Part shown: piece by piece, positions 34,827-43,362 of the stretch
Numbering within the stretch: the stretch's first letter is position 1
How the letters are laid out: each line of letters opens with the position of its first letter
Assembly: GCA_023700255.1 (NCBI GenBank)
Contig: JAJPRD010000003.1
Location: 41,779 to 105,778 of the forward strand
Reading direction: 5' to 3'
Length of the DNA: 64,000 nucleotides
Source: Candidatus Thalassarchaeaceae archaeon
GTDB taxonomy: Archaea; Thermoplasmatota; Poseidoniia; Poseidoniales; Thalassarchaeaceae
Translations under genes and position numbers: made by a program
Notes under the pieces: generated by a model
Databases searched by the model: none
What the model saw: the letters and a program-made list of their open reading frames with translations, nothing else
What the model was told of the DNA's origin: nothing

Positions 34827-35162
34827 TTATTGATTTTCAGACTTAGCAACTAATCTACTTGAAACCCAAATAGCATCTCCTATTGACCAAATATAGAGAG
34901 AGAACCATAGTATTACAGTAAAAAGTAAAGGTAACTGAATTAAGAACCAGCCATTTGCTTTCTCATGTTGCCTATTAAAATGCTGACCAAGAAAAAGGAA
35001 TGGAATGATTGCTAGAAATAATGTAAACAATGGTCTCATAGTTCCCCAAGGGCCAATTCCCCCATTTATTTCACTCCAAATGACACCTATGACGCCAAAT
35101 GAATTAACTTTCATTGGTTCATTATCATCTGCGAGACTAACTATGAGGTCATCAGTCATCAT
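34827..35162 (-). CDS. Hypothetical small membrane protein
   Basis: 111 aa with three hydrophobic segments ('FGVIGVIWSEINGGIGPW', 'LFTLFLAIIPFLFLG', 'WFLIQLPLLFTVILWFSLYIW'). Confidence 0.45.
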   Translation of the reverse strand: MMTDDLIVSLADDNEPMKVNSFGVIGVIWSEINGGIGPWGTMRPLFTLFLAIIPFLFLGQHFNRQHEKANGWFLIQLPLLFTVILWFSLYIWSIGDAIWVSSRLVAKSENQ

Positions 35163-35245
35163 ACCTGCTAAGGGCTATTGAATCATGAACATAACTATTC
35201 GATGTATACGAAAATGCCAACTATCAAGCACTTCTCCAATCAATC

Positions 35246-36250
35246 ATGGGTAAGCCTGTAGTGTTAGTTACAGGTTATCCGAAGTTTTCTAATTATCATG
35301 ATAATATTTCAGAAAAAATAATACAATTCTTGAATGAAAAAACATTTTCAAGTATCGAAGTTCTTACTTCATTATTATCTGTTGATGAGAAAGGTTCAGA
35401 TAATATTGCACATAGAATAATTAATCATGAAGAATTTGATGCAATAATTCATTTAGGATTTTCAGCTAATCGTGATATAATTTCTTTAGAGAAGTTTGCA
35501 TATAATGAATATGGGATGACTAATCCAGATAATTCTGGCAGAAAAATAGTTTCAGGGCAAATAATTAAAGACGATTTAGAAAAATATGAGACTACAGTTT
35601 CAACGAATACTCTCGATGATTTATTTAATGATCATGAAAACATTTGTTGGAGTTCTGACCCTGGTCGTTTTGTTTGTAATGAAACTTATTTTAAAACTCT
35701 GTCCGCACTTTCTCAAAGTAATTCACAAAACAAAACTCTTCCAGTCCTTTTCATCCATCTTCCATCCGAAGAAAATTTGAGTCTTATCAAGCAATTAGAG
35801 ATAATAGAAAAGATTCTACATTGCATGATTGTAAAACCTAAATTAAAAGTAGTTGGCGGTTTAATGTTTGATGGGAAAGGGCGTATATTATCTTGTAAAA
35901 GACCGAAAAAAGACATTTGGGGTGGATGGTGGGAGTTCCCCGGTGGTAAAATCGAACATGGTGAAAATCCATATCAGGCACTCACCAGAGAGATACTTGA
36001 AGAGTTAAACTTGCAAATATCTCCCTCTAAAATAGAAGAAAGATTAATTCATGATTATGACGATTATCAAGTAGAATTAATCATATTAAATTGTGGTACT
36101 GTTTCTAAAAACAAAATCACATTGCTTGAACATGATGAAATGAGATGGCTTTCTCGTGAAGAATTACTTGAAGTAAAATGGTTACCAGCGGATTTACCTG
36201 TATTAGAAAAATGGTTTATTCATGGTTTACCGAATCTTCCTCTTGATTGA
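35246..36250 (+). CDS. Fusion of pyroglutamyl-peptidase I-like (C15) and MutT/Nudix hydrolase domains
   Basis: The N-terminal half has 'VLVTGYPKF', 'ISLEKFAYNEY' (Glu), 'PGRFVCNETYF' (Cys) and 'VLFIHLP' (His). The C-terminal half carries the Nudix box 'GGKIEHGENPYQALTREILEELNL' preceded by 'GGWWEFPGG'. Confidence 0.75.
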   Translation: MGKPVVLVTGYPKFSNYHDNISEKIIQFLNEKTFSSIEVLTSLLSVDEKGSDNIAHRIINHEEFDAIIHLGFSANRDIISLEKFAYNEYGMTNPDNSGRKIVSGQIIKDDLEKYETTVSTNTLDDLFNDHENICWSSDPGRFVCNETYFKTLSALSQSNSQNKTLPVLFIHLPSEENLSLIKQLEIIEKILHCMIVKPKLKVVGGLMFDGKGRILSCKRPKKDIWGGWWEFPGGKIEHGENPYQALTREILEELNLQISPSKIEERLIHDYDDYQVELIILNCGTVSKNKITLLEHDEMRWLSREELLEVKWLPADLPVLEKWFIHGLPNLPLD

Positions 36251-36749
36251 TAGTCGGATAACCTCTTTTATCAAACCATTCTGTAGGCTCACCATTATAT
36301 CTCATTGAGAATTCATCTTTAGAAAATCTTGGAATCTCATTTCTCCCCTCATGCCAAGTTTGTTCTTCCAGCCATAAATCTAGTTCATCTCCTGCTAAGC
36401 TAATACTTATTTTTCCACCAAGTGTTTTCTTATCTAGGACAAAAGAAACTTTTCCAGCCATTGCCGCTTGCCTTGATATATCGAAGACCGTTGAATTTAT
36501 CTCTAAATCCATACTCATGATATCTAGTGCTGTATCTGAGATTCTCTGAATCCTTATTTGTTTAAGCAAAAGATTTAGAGTTTCAGATTTCCCACTAATT
36601 ATCAAATTCTTGTTTTTAGTCGGGAAAGAGGTATTTTCTATTTTTTCATCAGTTTTAAAGTCCGGGAAAAACACATTTATCGACTGAATCACCTTTTCAA
36701 TATTTTCATATGGTCTAACAAGTGATGAGATGATTATATGTGGTTCCAT
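36216..36749 (-). CDS. UPF0201 / PF01877-type putative RNA-binding protein
   Basis: 177 aa. 'IIISSLVRPYENIEKVIQSINVFFP' and 'LLKQIRIQRISDTALDIM...NSTVFDISRQAAMAGKVSF...LGGKISISL...LDLWLEE' follow the pattern I recall for the archaeal UPF0201 family. The 3' end overlaps the convergent gene by 35 nt. Confidence 0.6.
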   Translation of the reverse strand: MEPHIIISSLVRPYENIEKVIQSINVFFPDFKTDEKIENTSFPTKNKNLIISGKSETLNLLLKQIRIQRISDTALDIMSMDLEINSTVFDISRQAAMAGKVSFVLDKKTLGGKISISLAGDELDLWLEEQTWHEGRNEIPRFSKDEFSMRYNGEPTEWFDKRGYPTINQEEDSVNHE

Positions 36750-36829
36750 GACTTATCGCAGTGCACCAGTAGTCATGAGTTCTCTGCTTGTATGTTCTCC
36801 CAAGTACACGAATGATTGAAATTGAATAG

Positions 36830-37609
36830 TTGTTGACAAGTGTCATGGATGAGCGCTCAGGCACCGTAGCCGGAGCATTATTTTTCATGCCAACTGTATG
36901 TGTAGTTGCTCTTAGATACGGTCTGCCATCTGTTAATGAGGTCATCTCTAATGATACGACTTTTGAGTTAGGGATTCATAGTCTAGCGATTTTAATTGGT
37001 ATCCTCATGTATCTGAAGTATAGAGTGGTTGAAGATCATGAATATCATCGTTCTGCTGCAATTAAAAGATTAGGTAAATCATATAATCAAGAAGATAAGG
37101 GACTTTGGGCCAAGAGTGAGAATGCGATGTCAAGGCTAGAAGTAAATTCGAAATCAGAACTTAAAGGCCGTAAAGCAGCGTTAGTTCAAGCAAAAATGTC
37201 AGGTAATATTGGTTCATTGAACGTTGAGTCCTCTGAAATTGAGGTAGATGAGGATTTAGATATTGAAATCAGAACTCATCATCGTGCTATTAACACAATT
37301 ATTGATGAAAGTGTATTAGCTACTACTAAAGATGCGCCTAAAAAATCATTTTTATCGAGAAGATTAGAAAAATCAGCATCTAAAAGATTAGATAAAAAAA
37401 GATTGAAAGCCGAAAGAAAAAGTTTGAAAAAGAAGGCTAATCTCTCATCCACATCTCAATCTAAAAAGAATTCTGAAAGTTCAGATAATCAATGGGATAT
37501 ACCAACGGACTCTAATTTAACTAAATCCGTAATTCCATGTAAAGAATGTGGCACATTGAATAATTCAAACAATCCTTACTGTACCTCGTGTGGTACTTAC
37601 ATATCTTGA
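36830..37609 (+). CDS. Membrane protein with a Lys-rich linker and C-terminal zinc ribbon
   Basis: Two N-terminal hydrophobic segments are followed by 'KRLDKKRLKAERKSLKKK', and the protein ends 'CKECGTLNNSNNPYCTSCGTYIS' (CxxC...CxxC). The likely true start is the ATG at about 36845 (MDERSG). Confidence 0.55.
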   Translation: MLTSVMDERSGTVAGALFFMPTVCVVALRYGLPSVNEVISNDTTFELGIHSLAILIGILMYLKYRVVEDHEYHRSAAIKRLGKSYNQEDKGLWAKSENAMSRLEVNSKSELKGRKAALVQAKMSGNIGSLNVESSEIEVDEDLDIEIRTHHRAINTIIDESVLATTKDAPKKSFLSRRLEKSASKRLDKKRLKAERKSLKKKANLSSTSQSKKNSESSDNQWDIPTDSNLTKSVIPCKECGTLNNSNNPYCTSCGTYIS

Positions 37610-37659
37610 GAATGGAATTATTCAAAGGGGACCGATTAAAACAGTTTTTAGGTGAAATT

Positions 37660-38811
37660 ATGTCAGTTAAGAGAGATTACTACGAAATTCTTGGGTTAAA
37701 AAGAGGTTCGAGCGCTGCTGAAATCAAAAATGCATTCCGTAGTTTAGCAAGAAAATATCATCCTGATAAAAACCAGGGTAATTCAGAATCTGAAATTAAG
37801 TTTAAAGAAGTTCAAGAAGCCTATGCAATTCTATCTGACCCCAATGAGAAAAGAAAATATGATACTTATGGCCACAATAGGCCCGGCGGTTCTCCCTTTG
37901 GTTCGAGTGGTTTCGAAGGCGTTAATATTAGCATTGAAGACTTATTTGGGGGAGGTTTTGAGAGCGTATTCGGCTCAATATTTGGTTCAGCAGGTAATCG
38001 TCGAGCAAAGAGGCAAAGGGGTTCAGATTTACTTGTCAGGCACTCAATATCATTTGAAGAGGTTATGTATGGGTGTGATGCTTCAATAAAATTTGATGTA
38101 CTTAAAACATGTAAAAGTTGCAATGGAATTGGTTCTCCAACTCAAGACGGGGTTAGAGAATGTCCTGCTTGCGATGGTCGAGGTCGTATCCAAAAAATTG
38201 AGAGAGTTGGACCATTCACACAACAAGTTGTTAGCGATTGTTCATCTTGTAAGGGAGAGGGCCGTATAGTCATGGTTCCTTGTTCTTATTGTAAAGGTGA
38301 AGGTCGTGCTAATGAATCAAAGAATGTGCAATTCAGTGTCCCCCCAGGGATTGAGAGCGGAACTCGACTGCGCAAGTCTGGTTCAGGTGAGTCCCCTAAA
38401 ACTGAGAATGGTGACTCCGGACACTTGTATATTGAGATCGATATTAAAGAACATGAATGGTTCGAAAGAGATGGGGCAGATCTATTAATGGCGGTACCAT
38501 TGAGTTATACTGATCTAGTTCTTGGAACTACAATTGAGATACCTCATTTAGATGGAGAATTATTAAAGATAAAAGTTCCTTCAGGTTCTAATCCGGGACA
38601 AACTATTTCTTTGAAAGGAAGAGGTTTTCCTAGTCAAAGGTCTCGTAATGGGAGAGGCTCTGTAATGGTTCTTTTGAAGTTAGATATCCCAACTAAAATA
38701 TCTCGTGAACTAAAGAAAAAACTATTAAATCTTAAAGAAGATCTAAGTTACTCTGATGATGAGCTAAATAATAAAATCCGTGATGAAGCACAATCTCGCC
38801 GTAGAGGATAA
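37660..38811 (+). CDS. dnaJ: Molecular chaperone DnaJ (type I, with a zinc-finger domain)
   Basis: The J-domain reads 'DYYEILGLKRGSSAAEIKNAFRSLARKYHPDKN', followed by a G/F region. Four CxxCxGxG repeats are present ('CKSCNGIG', 'CPACDGRG', 'CSSCKGEG', 'CSYCKGEG'). I chose the ATG at 37660, which is preceded by AGGTGA. The ORF-track start at 37588 overlaps the upstream gene. Confidence 0.9.
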   Translation: MSVKRDYYEILGLKRGSSAAEIKNAFRSLARKYHPDKNQGNSESEIKFKEVQEAYAILSDPNEKRKYDTYGHNRPGGSPFGSSGFEGVNISIEDLFGGGFESVFGSIFGSAGNRRAKRQRGSDLLVRHSISFEEVMYGCDASIKFDVLKTCKSCNGIGSPTQDGVRECPACDGRGRIQKIERVGPFTQQVVSDCSSCKGEGRIVMVPCSYCKGEGRANESKNVQFSVPPGIESGTRLRKSGSGESPKTENGDSGHLYIEIDIKEHEWFERDGADLLMAVPLSYTDLVLGTTIEIPHLDGELLKIKVPSGSNPGQTISLKGRGFPSQRSRNGRGSVMVLLKLDIPTKISRELKKKLLNLKEDLSYSDDELNNKIRDEAQSRRRG

Positions 38812-40938
38812 TCACCAATTAATGACTTTATTTGGCACTGCTGCTAGAGGTTTATCATTAACTAATCCCGATAATTGTAATGCCAAGTTAGCCGATTCTC
38901 CAGTCATAGATAATCTTATGAAAATTTGAGTATGTTTTTCCATAGTACCAAGGAATATCTCGTCATCTTGAAATAAATGCTTTGGAGAAACATCTGTAAT
39001 AGTAAGTTTAGAACCTTCTGGGTAATGAATTCTCATTGCAGCCATAGTCCATTCCCAATTACCTACTTTTATTCCCAAGAGAAGATTTTTGTCATTTTCT
39101 ACTATTTTCCAAGCACAAATTTCTATTTCTTCGGTCATATGAGTTAATATTGGTTTACCCCACACCTCATTTATCGAATTCCATGGACTTTCTCCTAATT
39201 GCTCTAACGCTAAATCAATAAGTTTTTCATCTTTTAAATCTTCTTTTTTTAATTGTTCAGAAAGCCTTTCTCTAATTCTCAATAATCTTTTTTTGTCATG
39301 GGATTGAATTCCAATGGCTCTTTTCTTTCGATTCATGATAGTTTTTCTATTCCAAAATATGACAACCATAAGGGGACTTAGCATTAAAACTCCAATTAGC
39401 TTGTAAAAAGTATCAAACATCCAAGATAAATCTTCATAATTCACTGGTTCTAGTGGTTTATTCTCCCCTAAATACTCAAGTTTGAAAAGGTAATCTACTT
39501 CTACTCCCAAATCTGCTCTTCTCTCAATTCTTAATGAGTGATTTCCAGATGGTAAAACTATAGTTTCTCCATTAGATGTATTTATAAGATTACCATTTTC
39601 TTGGTCAATCTCTTGAATTGTGTAGTTAACTTCTGATTTGATAAGTTCATTAAGGTAAATTCTAGAGCCATTTAAATCTAGAATTCGAATTAAATAAATA
39701 TCCACGTTATCTCCAAGATGTAGGCTTCCAGATATGTCTATATCGAGTCCGATAAGGCTCCACCTATTATCGGGGTATTCTAGCCATCTTGATTCTGGAG
39801 CATCTGCTAATGACCCACCATCTAATGGTTGAATTTGCACAAATGAAATATTCCATCTACCTGTTTTTTCTGATTTAATTATTATCTCTATTGAATCAGT
39901 ATCTTCTGCAGATTGTATTACTTCGGGGCAAGTGCCATCAACTAATGAAATATTTTCAAAATCTCCATTAAAATTAATTAAATAGATTTCAAAATTTGTT
40001 TCAATATTACTTGCTAAACATTCAAGCCCTATTTTGGTATCAGATCCTATTTTGAAAAGTAATGAATCTCCTTCAATATCAGATTCAGAAATATACGATT
40101 CATAGAATAATGAGTCTTGGTAAGTCAATGCTTCACCATGACTCCATGGCACCGATAGTTCCCCTCCTAGGGGGGCTTCTTTCGATTGATTATTCCTGTA
40201 GGTAGTAAATTTATATGAATTTAGTTCCTTGTTTGAGTCTGAACTAACTCTTAGCCAAAGTTCAGCGTCTTGAGGATATTCTAAAAAATGATTTTCAGAA
40301 TGTATGAGATTATTAAAAATCATTTTTTTCTCATCACTATCTCTTAACCAAACTTCAATTTTTATATTTCCATCACCTTCAATATCTGAAATTTCTATAA
40401 TATCTCCCTGTTCTCCAAAAATTCTTATTGAATCCTTATCAGTATAGTTATCTAGAATTCCTACGAAATCCAATCTTCTTTCAGATTCTTGTATATTAGA
40501 CGCACAATTACCTAATATGCAAACATCAGATGTAACAATAGTTTGGTACTCTCCTTGGTTACCCGGTGAAGGTATTGTATCAATGAGATCCTCTTTTTCA
40601 ATCATTGTCAAACTGTCAACCTTAATCATTTTAGTAGAAATGTCACTTACAGATACATCAGAATTAGATAAGACTGTTAATTTTGATCCTGCATCTAATA
40701 TTCCTGACCATTCTAGTACATGTTCATTTTGTAATGTGTAATTTTCCATTCCATTATTTATTTCTAGAGTCAATCCTGGACAATTGATTTCCAAGCAAGA
40801 GATACTATACCAAAAAGGTCCTGAATAGTCAATGTCTTCTTCTATCAATATTATTTTTTCATCTGATTGTCCGACAACATTAATCGCGCTACTACCAATA
40901 AATAATATTGCTAAGAATAGCGCAGCGATACGTCTCAC
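38812..40938 (-). CDS. Bitopic surface protein: signal peptide, PPC-like beta-sandwich ectodomain, TM, about 190-aa cytoplasmic domain
   Basis: 708 aa with a GTG start. The signal peptide is 'MRRIAALFLAILFIGSSAINVVG'. The ectodomain has repeats such as 'DKDSIRIFGEQGDIIEISDIEGDGNIKIEVWLRD'. A TM 'YKLIGVLMLSPLMVVIFW' is followed by 'NRKTIMNRKKR' and an unknown domain. Confidence 0.6.
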   Translation of the reverse strand: MRRIAALFLAILFIGSSAINVVGQSDEKIILIEEDIDYSGPFWYSISCLEINCPGLTLEINNGMENYTLQNEHVLEWSGILDAGSKLTVLSNSDVSVSDISTKMIKVDSLTMIEKEDLIDTIPSPGNQGEYQTIVTSDVCILGNCASNIQESERRLDFVGILDNYTDKDSIRIFGEQGDIIEISDIEGDGNIKIEVWLRDSDEKKMIFNNLIHSENHFLEYPQDAELWLRVSSDSNKELNSYKFTTYRNNQSKEAPLGGELSVPWSHGEALTYQDSLFYESYISESDIEGDSLLFKIGSDTKIGLECLASNIETNFEIYLINFNGDFENISLVDGTCPEVIQSAEDTDSIEIIIKSEKTGRWNISFVQIQPLDGGSLADAPESRWLEYPDNRWSLIGLDIDISGSLHLGDNVDIYLIRILDLNGSRIYLNELIKSEVNYTIQEIDQENGNLINTSNGETIVLPSGNHSLRIERRADLGVEVDYLFKLEYLGENKPLEPVNYEDLSWMFDTFYKLIGVLMLSPLMVVIFWNRKTIMNRKKRAIGIQSHDKKRLLRIRERLSEQLKKEDLKDEKLIDLALEQLGESPWNSINEVWGKPILTHMTEEIEICAWKIVENDKNLLLGIKVGNWEWTMAAMRIHYPEGSKLTITDVSPKHLFQDDEIFLGTMEKHTQIFIRLSMTGESANLALQLSGLVNDKPLAAVPNKVINW

Positions 40939-40965
40939 GACTCTTCGGACAGGGCCTCCTCTTAG

Positions 40966-40987
40966 AATGCTTCAAGCGAAATGCTTC
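40966..40987. promoter_or_regulatory. Two copies of AATGCTTC with a 14-bp period in a 62-bp divergent promoter region
   Basis: Read directly: AATGCTTC at 40966-40973 and 40980-40987, between the GTG start at 40938 (minus strand) and the ATG at 41001 (plus strand). Confidence 0.3.
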
Positions 40988-41000
40988 GTCCGCAGTATGT

Positions 41001-42785
41001 ATGGATGAGCGACCCTTAGCCCGCAGTGTTGTCGCAAGACAGCGTTTTGCACGTTTATTTAGCCTCGGCGATAGAAATTCACCTAGTTCATGGTCACCTG
41101 CTCTTGTTTTGAATAAAGATGATGTGGAATTACCTTTTTCTTTAGCTCCATTCGAATTTTCGAGAGATGCTCAGTCCTTACCTGCGAAGTTATCAGTCAA
41201 AACTCGAACAAATTTGAGTCTCCCTTTCGATAGTTTAGATTTGTGGACTGCTACAGAAGGGCTAGTATTACCTCCAAGTTTAGTAGAATCTAATTCCGGA
41301 GAATTTGCAACTGGAAATGAAATTTTACCGGTATCTTGGCAATCACTTCATCATGATTTATCATTAAATGATGTAAATCTTCTACCATCGATAATTATAC
41401 TTACTGATGCCCCTCAATTAGCTAACCGAAAGGGATTATTAAGTGAAGCATTATACATCCTCAGAACTCGCTTCCCTTCATCTTTAATTTGGACTCCAGG
41501 TATAGGTGGACCTGATAATTGTGCTATTTTAACTTGGATGGGCGCTGATTTATTTGACTTAGCAAGATCTAGGCACGCCTGTTCACTTGGTATATTATTG
41601 TCAGAGAATGGCCCAAGAGAAATAGAAGAATCCATAGACGAAGATTCTTCTATGGACTCTCAAATACTTGCATGGAAAAATTCTCTTGCAGCAACTAGGT
41701 CAGCAATAAGGGCAGGTAACTTAAGGGAATTAGTGGAGAAACAAGCGATATCTAGTCCACGTTCAGTTGAAAGATTACGTATCCATGATTCAAAAATGTC
41801 TGATTTGGATGGAAGTATTTCTGGTTTATCACGTGTAAAAGGTCAGTATTATGAATTGAGATGCCATAGTTATTCGAGTAGAGATGATCCACTTATTCAG
41901 GATTGGCGGAAAAGAATTGCCAGAGATCACACTCCCCCTCTGCATCAATCAAAAGTACTCTTGTTATTACCTTGTTCTGCAACTAAACCATATCGATTGT
42001 CTTCATCTCATAAAAGGTTCAGTAGATCAATCACCTCGAATTCCATTCATGAAGTAATAGTCACAGCACCTCTTGGTTTAGTGCCAAGAGAATTAGAAGA
42101 TCTTTGGCCTGCTGCTAATTATGACATTCCAGTTACTGGCGATTGGGATATTGATGAACTCAGAGTCATACGTGAAATGATCTCTCAATACGTGTCTAGA
42201 AATAATTTTTCACGTGTTATAAACCATAGTGGGATAAGCCTAGATTTAGGTTCGGTTGAAATTATTGATACTAGGCAAGGATTGACTGCGGGTTCATCTG
42301 ATGCGCTAGCAAATCTTGAACAAAGTGTCAATCAATCAGTAGAAGATTTTGATCTTATAGATTTGAAAGAAAGCAAACATCGGTTAGGAAAACTAATGTC
42401 ATTATCTCGATTTCAACATGGTACTGATAAATGGCTTGAAGGTACTGGGATTCAGGGGCGACCTCCAATTTTTACAATTCGTAGAGACGGCGTCCAATTA
42501 GCATTGTGGAACCCTCGCTTAGGACGTTTCTCATTTACAAAGGCATGTCTGCCATTACTTGCAGAAAGTAGGCAGTTCCCTGAAGCCCATCTAGCATCCG
42601 GATTCGACTGGCGTGGAGACTTGTTTGCATCAAATGTGGTTGAAGTAAAAGGCCATATAAGAATAGGAGATGAGGTATTAGTGTATCAAGATAGTAATCT
42701 AGTAGGCTCCGCTAGAGCTGAAGCAGCGGGGTGGGAATGGCCTGATGGACCTAGTAGATTAGCACGCGCGCAACACCGTTTGTAA
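41001..42785 (+). CDS. arcS: Archaeosine synthase ArcS-like protein (DUF5591 + C-terminal PUA domain)
   Basis: 'LLLLPCSATKPY' matches the DUF5591 PCSxxKPY signature. The PUA-like C-terminus reads 'VKGHIRIGDEVLVYQDSNLVGSARAEA'. I moved the start to the ATG at 41001 because the track start at 40908 overlaps the divergent gene. Confidence 0.6.
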   Translation: MDERPLARSVVARQRFARLFSLGDRNSPSSWSPALVLNKDDVELPFSLAPFEFSRDAQSLPAKLSVKTRTNLSLPFDSLDLWTATEGLVLPPSLVESNSGEFATGNEILPVSWQSLHHDLSLNDVNLLPSIIILTDAPQLANRKGLLSEALYILRTRFPSSLIWTPGIGGPDNCAILTWMGADLFDLARSRHACSLGILLSENGPREIEESIDEDSSMDSQILAWKNSLAATRSAIRAGNLRELVEKQAISSPRSVERLRIHDSKMSDLDGSISGLSRVKGQYYELRCHSYSSRDDPLIQDWRKRIARDHTPPLHQSKVLLLLPCSATKPYRLSSSHKRFSRSITSNSIHEVIVTAPLGLVPRELEDLWPAANYDIPVTGDWDIDELRVIREMISQYVSRNNFSRVINHSGISLDLGSVEIIDTRQGLTAGSSDALANLEQSVNQSVEDFDLIDLKESKHRLGKLMSLSRFQHGTDKWLEGTGIQGRPPIFTIRRDGVQLALWNPRLGRFSFTKACLPLLAESRQFPEAHLASGFDWRGDLFASNVVEVKGHIRIGDEVLVYQDSNLVGSARAEAAGWEWPDGPSRLARAQHRL

Positions 42786-42859
42786 GTAAAATCGGTTGTA
42801 TGAGTTAGCGTAGCGATTAAAGAGGGGCAGCAGGTCGGCCGGATAACTGAGGTCTTGAT

Positions 42860-43315
42860 ATGGCGCGTATGCACAGCAATGGAAAAGGAACAAGTGGTTC
42901 TTCTAAGCCAAATATTGATGTGGCACCATCATGGGCAGAATCTGATAAAAACACAGTCGAAGAATTGATTTTGAAGTATGCTCAAGATGGGCATTCATCT
43001 GCTAAAATCGGTACAATGCTCAGAGATATGCATGCAGTACCAGATGTTCGTCTAGTAATGGGTGAAAGAATCTCTCAGACTTTAACTCGTAATGATATTA
43101 CTTCTACATATCCAGAAGATATGATGAATCTTATGCGTAAGGCTTTAAGTTTAATTGATCATCTTGTATCTAACAAAAAAGATTTACACAATCGTCGACA
43201 ATTAGAGCTGTGTGAATCTCGAATTCGTCGTTTAGCAAGATATTACCAGCAAACAGGTCGTTTATCATCTACTTGGGCTTACAAGCGTGATCAACTAAGA
43301 CTGATGGTAGAATGA
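42860..43315 (+). CDS. rps15: 30S ribosomal protein S15 (uS15, S13e type)
   Basis: 'MARMHSNGKGTSGSSKP' is the archaeal/eukaryotic S15/S13e N-terminus, and the C-terminus reads 'HNRRQLELCESRIRRLARYY'. GAGGT lies upstream. Confidence 0.9.
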   Translation: MARMHSNGKGTSGSSKPNIDVAPSWAESDKNTVEELILKYAQDGHSSAKIGTMLRDMHAVPDVRLVMGERISQTLTRNDITSTYPEDMMNLMRKALSLIDHLVSNKKDLHNRRQLELCESRIRRLARYYQQTGRLSSTWAYKRDQLRLMVE

Positions 43316-43362
43316 TTACTTTCTACACATAAGATTTGAACTAAGAGCCTCTACGGTATACT

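Noticed and set aside
37588-37659. 5' extensions in the ORF track for six genes: dnaJ (37588), rnp4 (61997), the surface hydrolase (51808), the S8 megaprotease (56579), adk (61414) and gap (55475).
   Set aside because: In each case an internal ATG begins exactly at the conserved N-terminus or signal peptide, removes the overlap with the upstream gene, and often has an SD-like element. I therefore called the shorter forms.
40908-41000. The ORF-track start of the ArcS-like gene at 40908.
   Set aside because: It would overlap the divergent gene's first 31 nt and leave no promoter. The extension peptide has no ArcS similarity, and the ATG at 41001 (MDERP...) leaves a 62-bp divergent spacer.
42786-42859. 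A GC-rich 74-nt spacer upstream of rps15 (contains CGGCCG and AGCG-T-AGCG), considered as a tRNA, an sRNA or an S15 autoregulatory leader.
   Set aside because: I could not fold it into a cloverleaf: there is no acceptor-stem pairing and no T-loop GTTCRANYC. Only very short palindromes are present, which is insufficient evidence for any RNA element.
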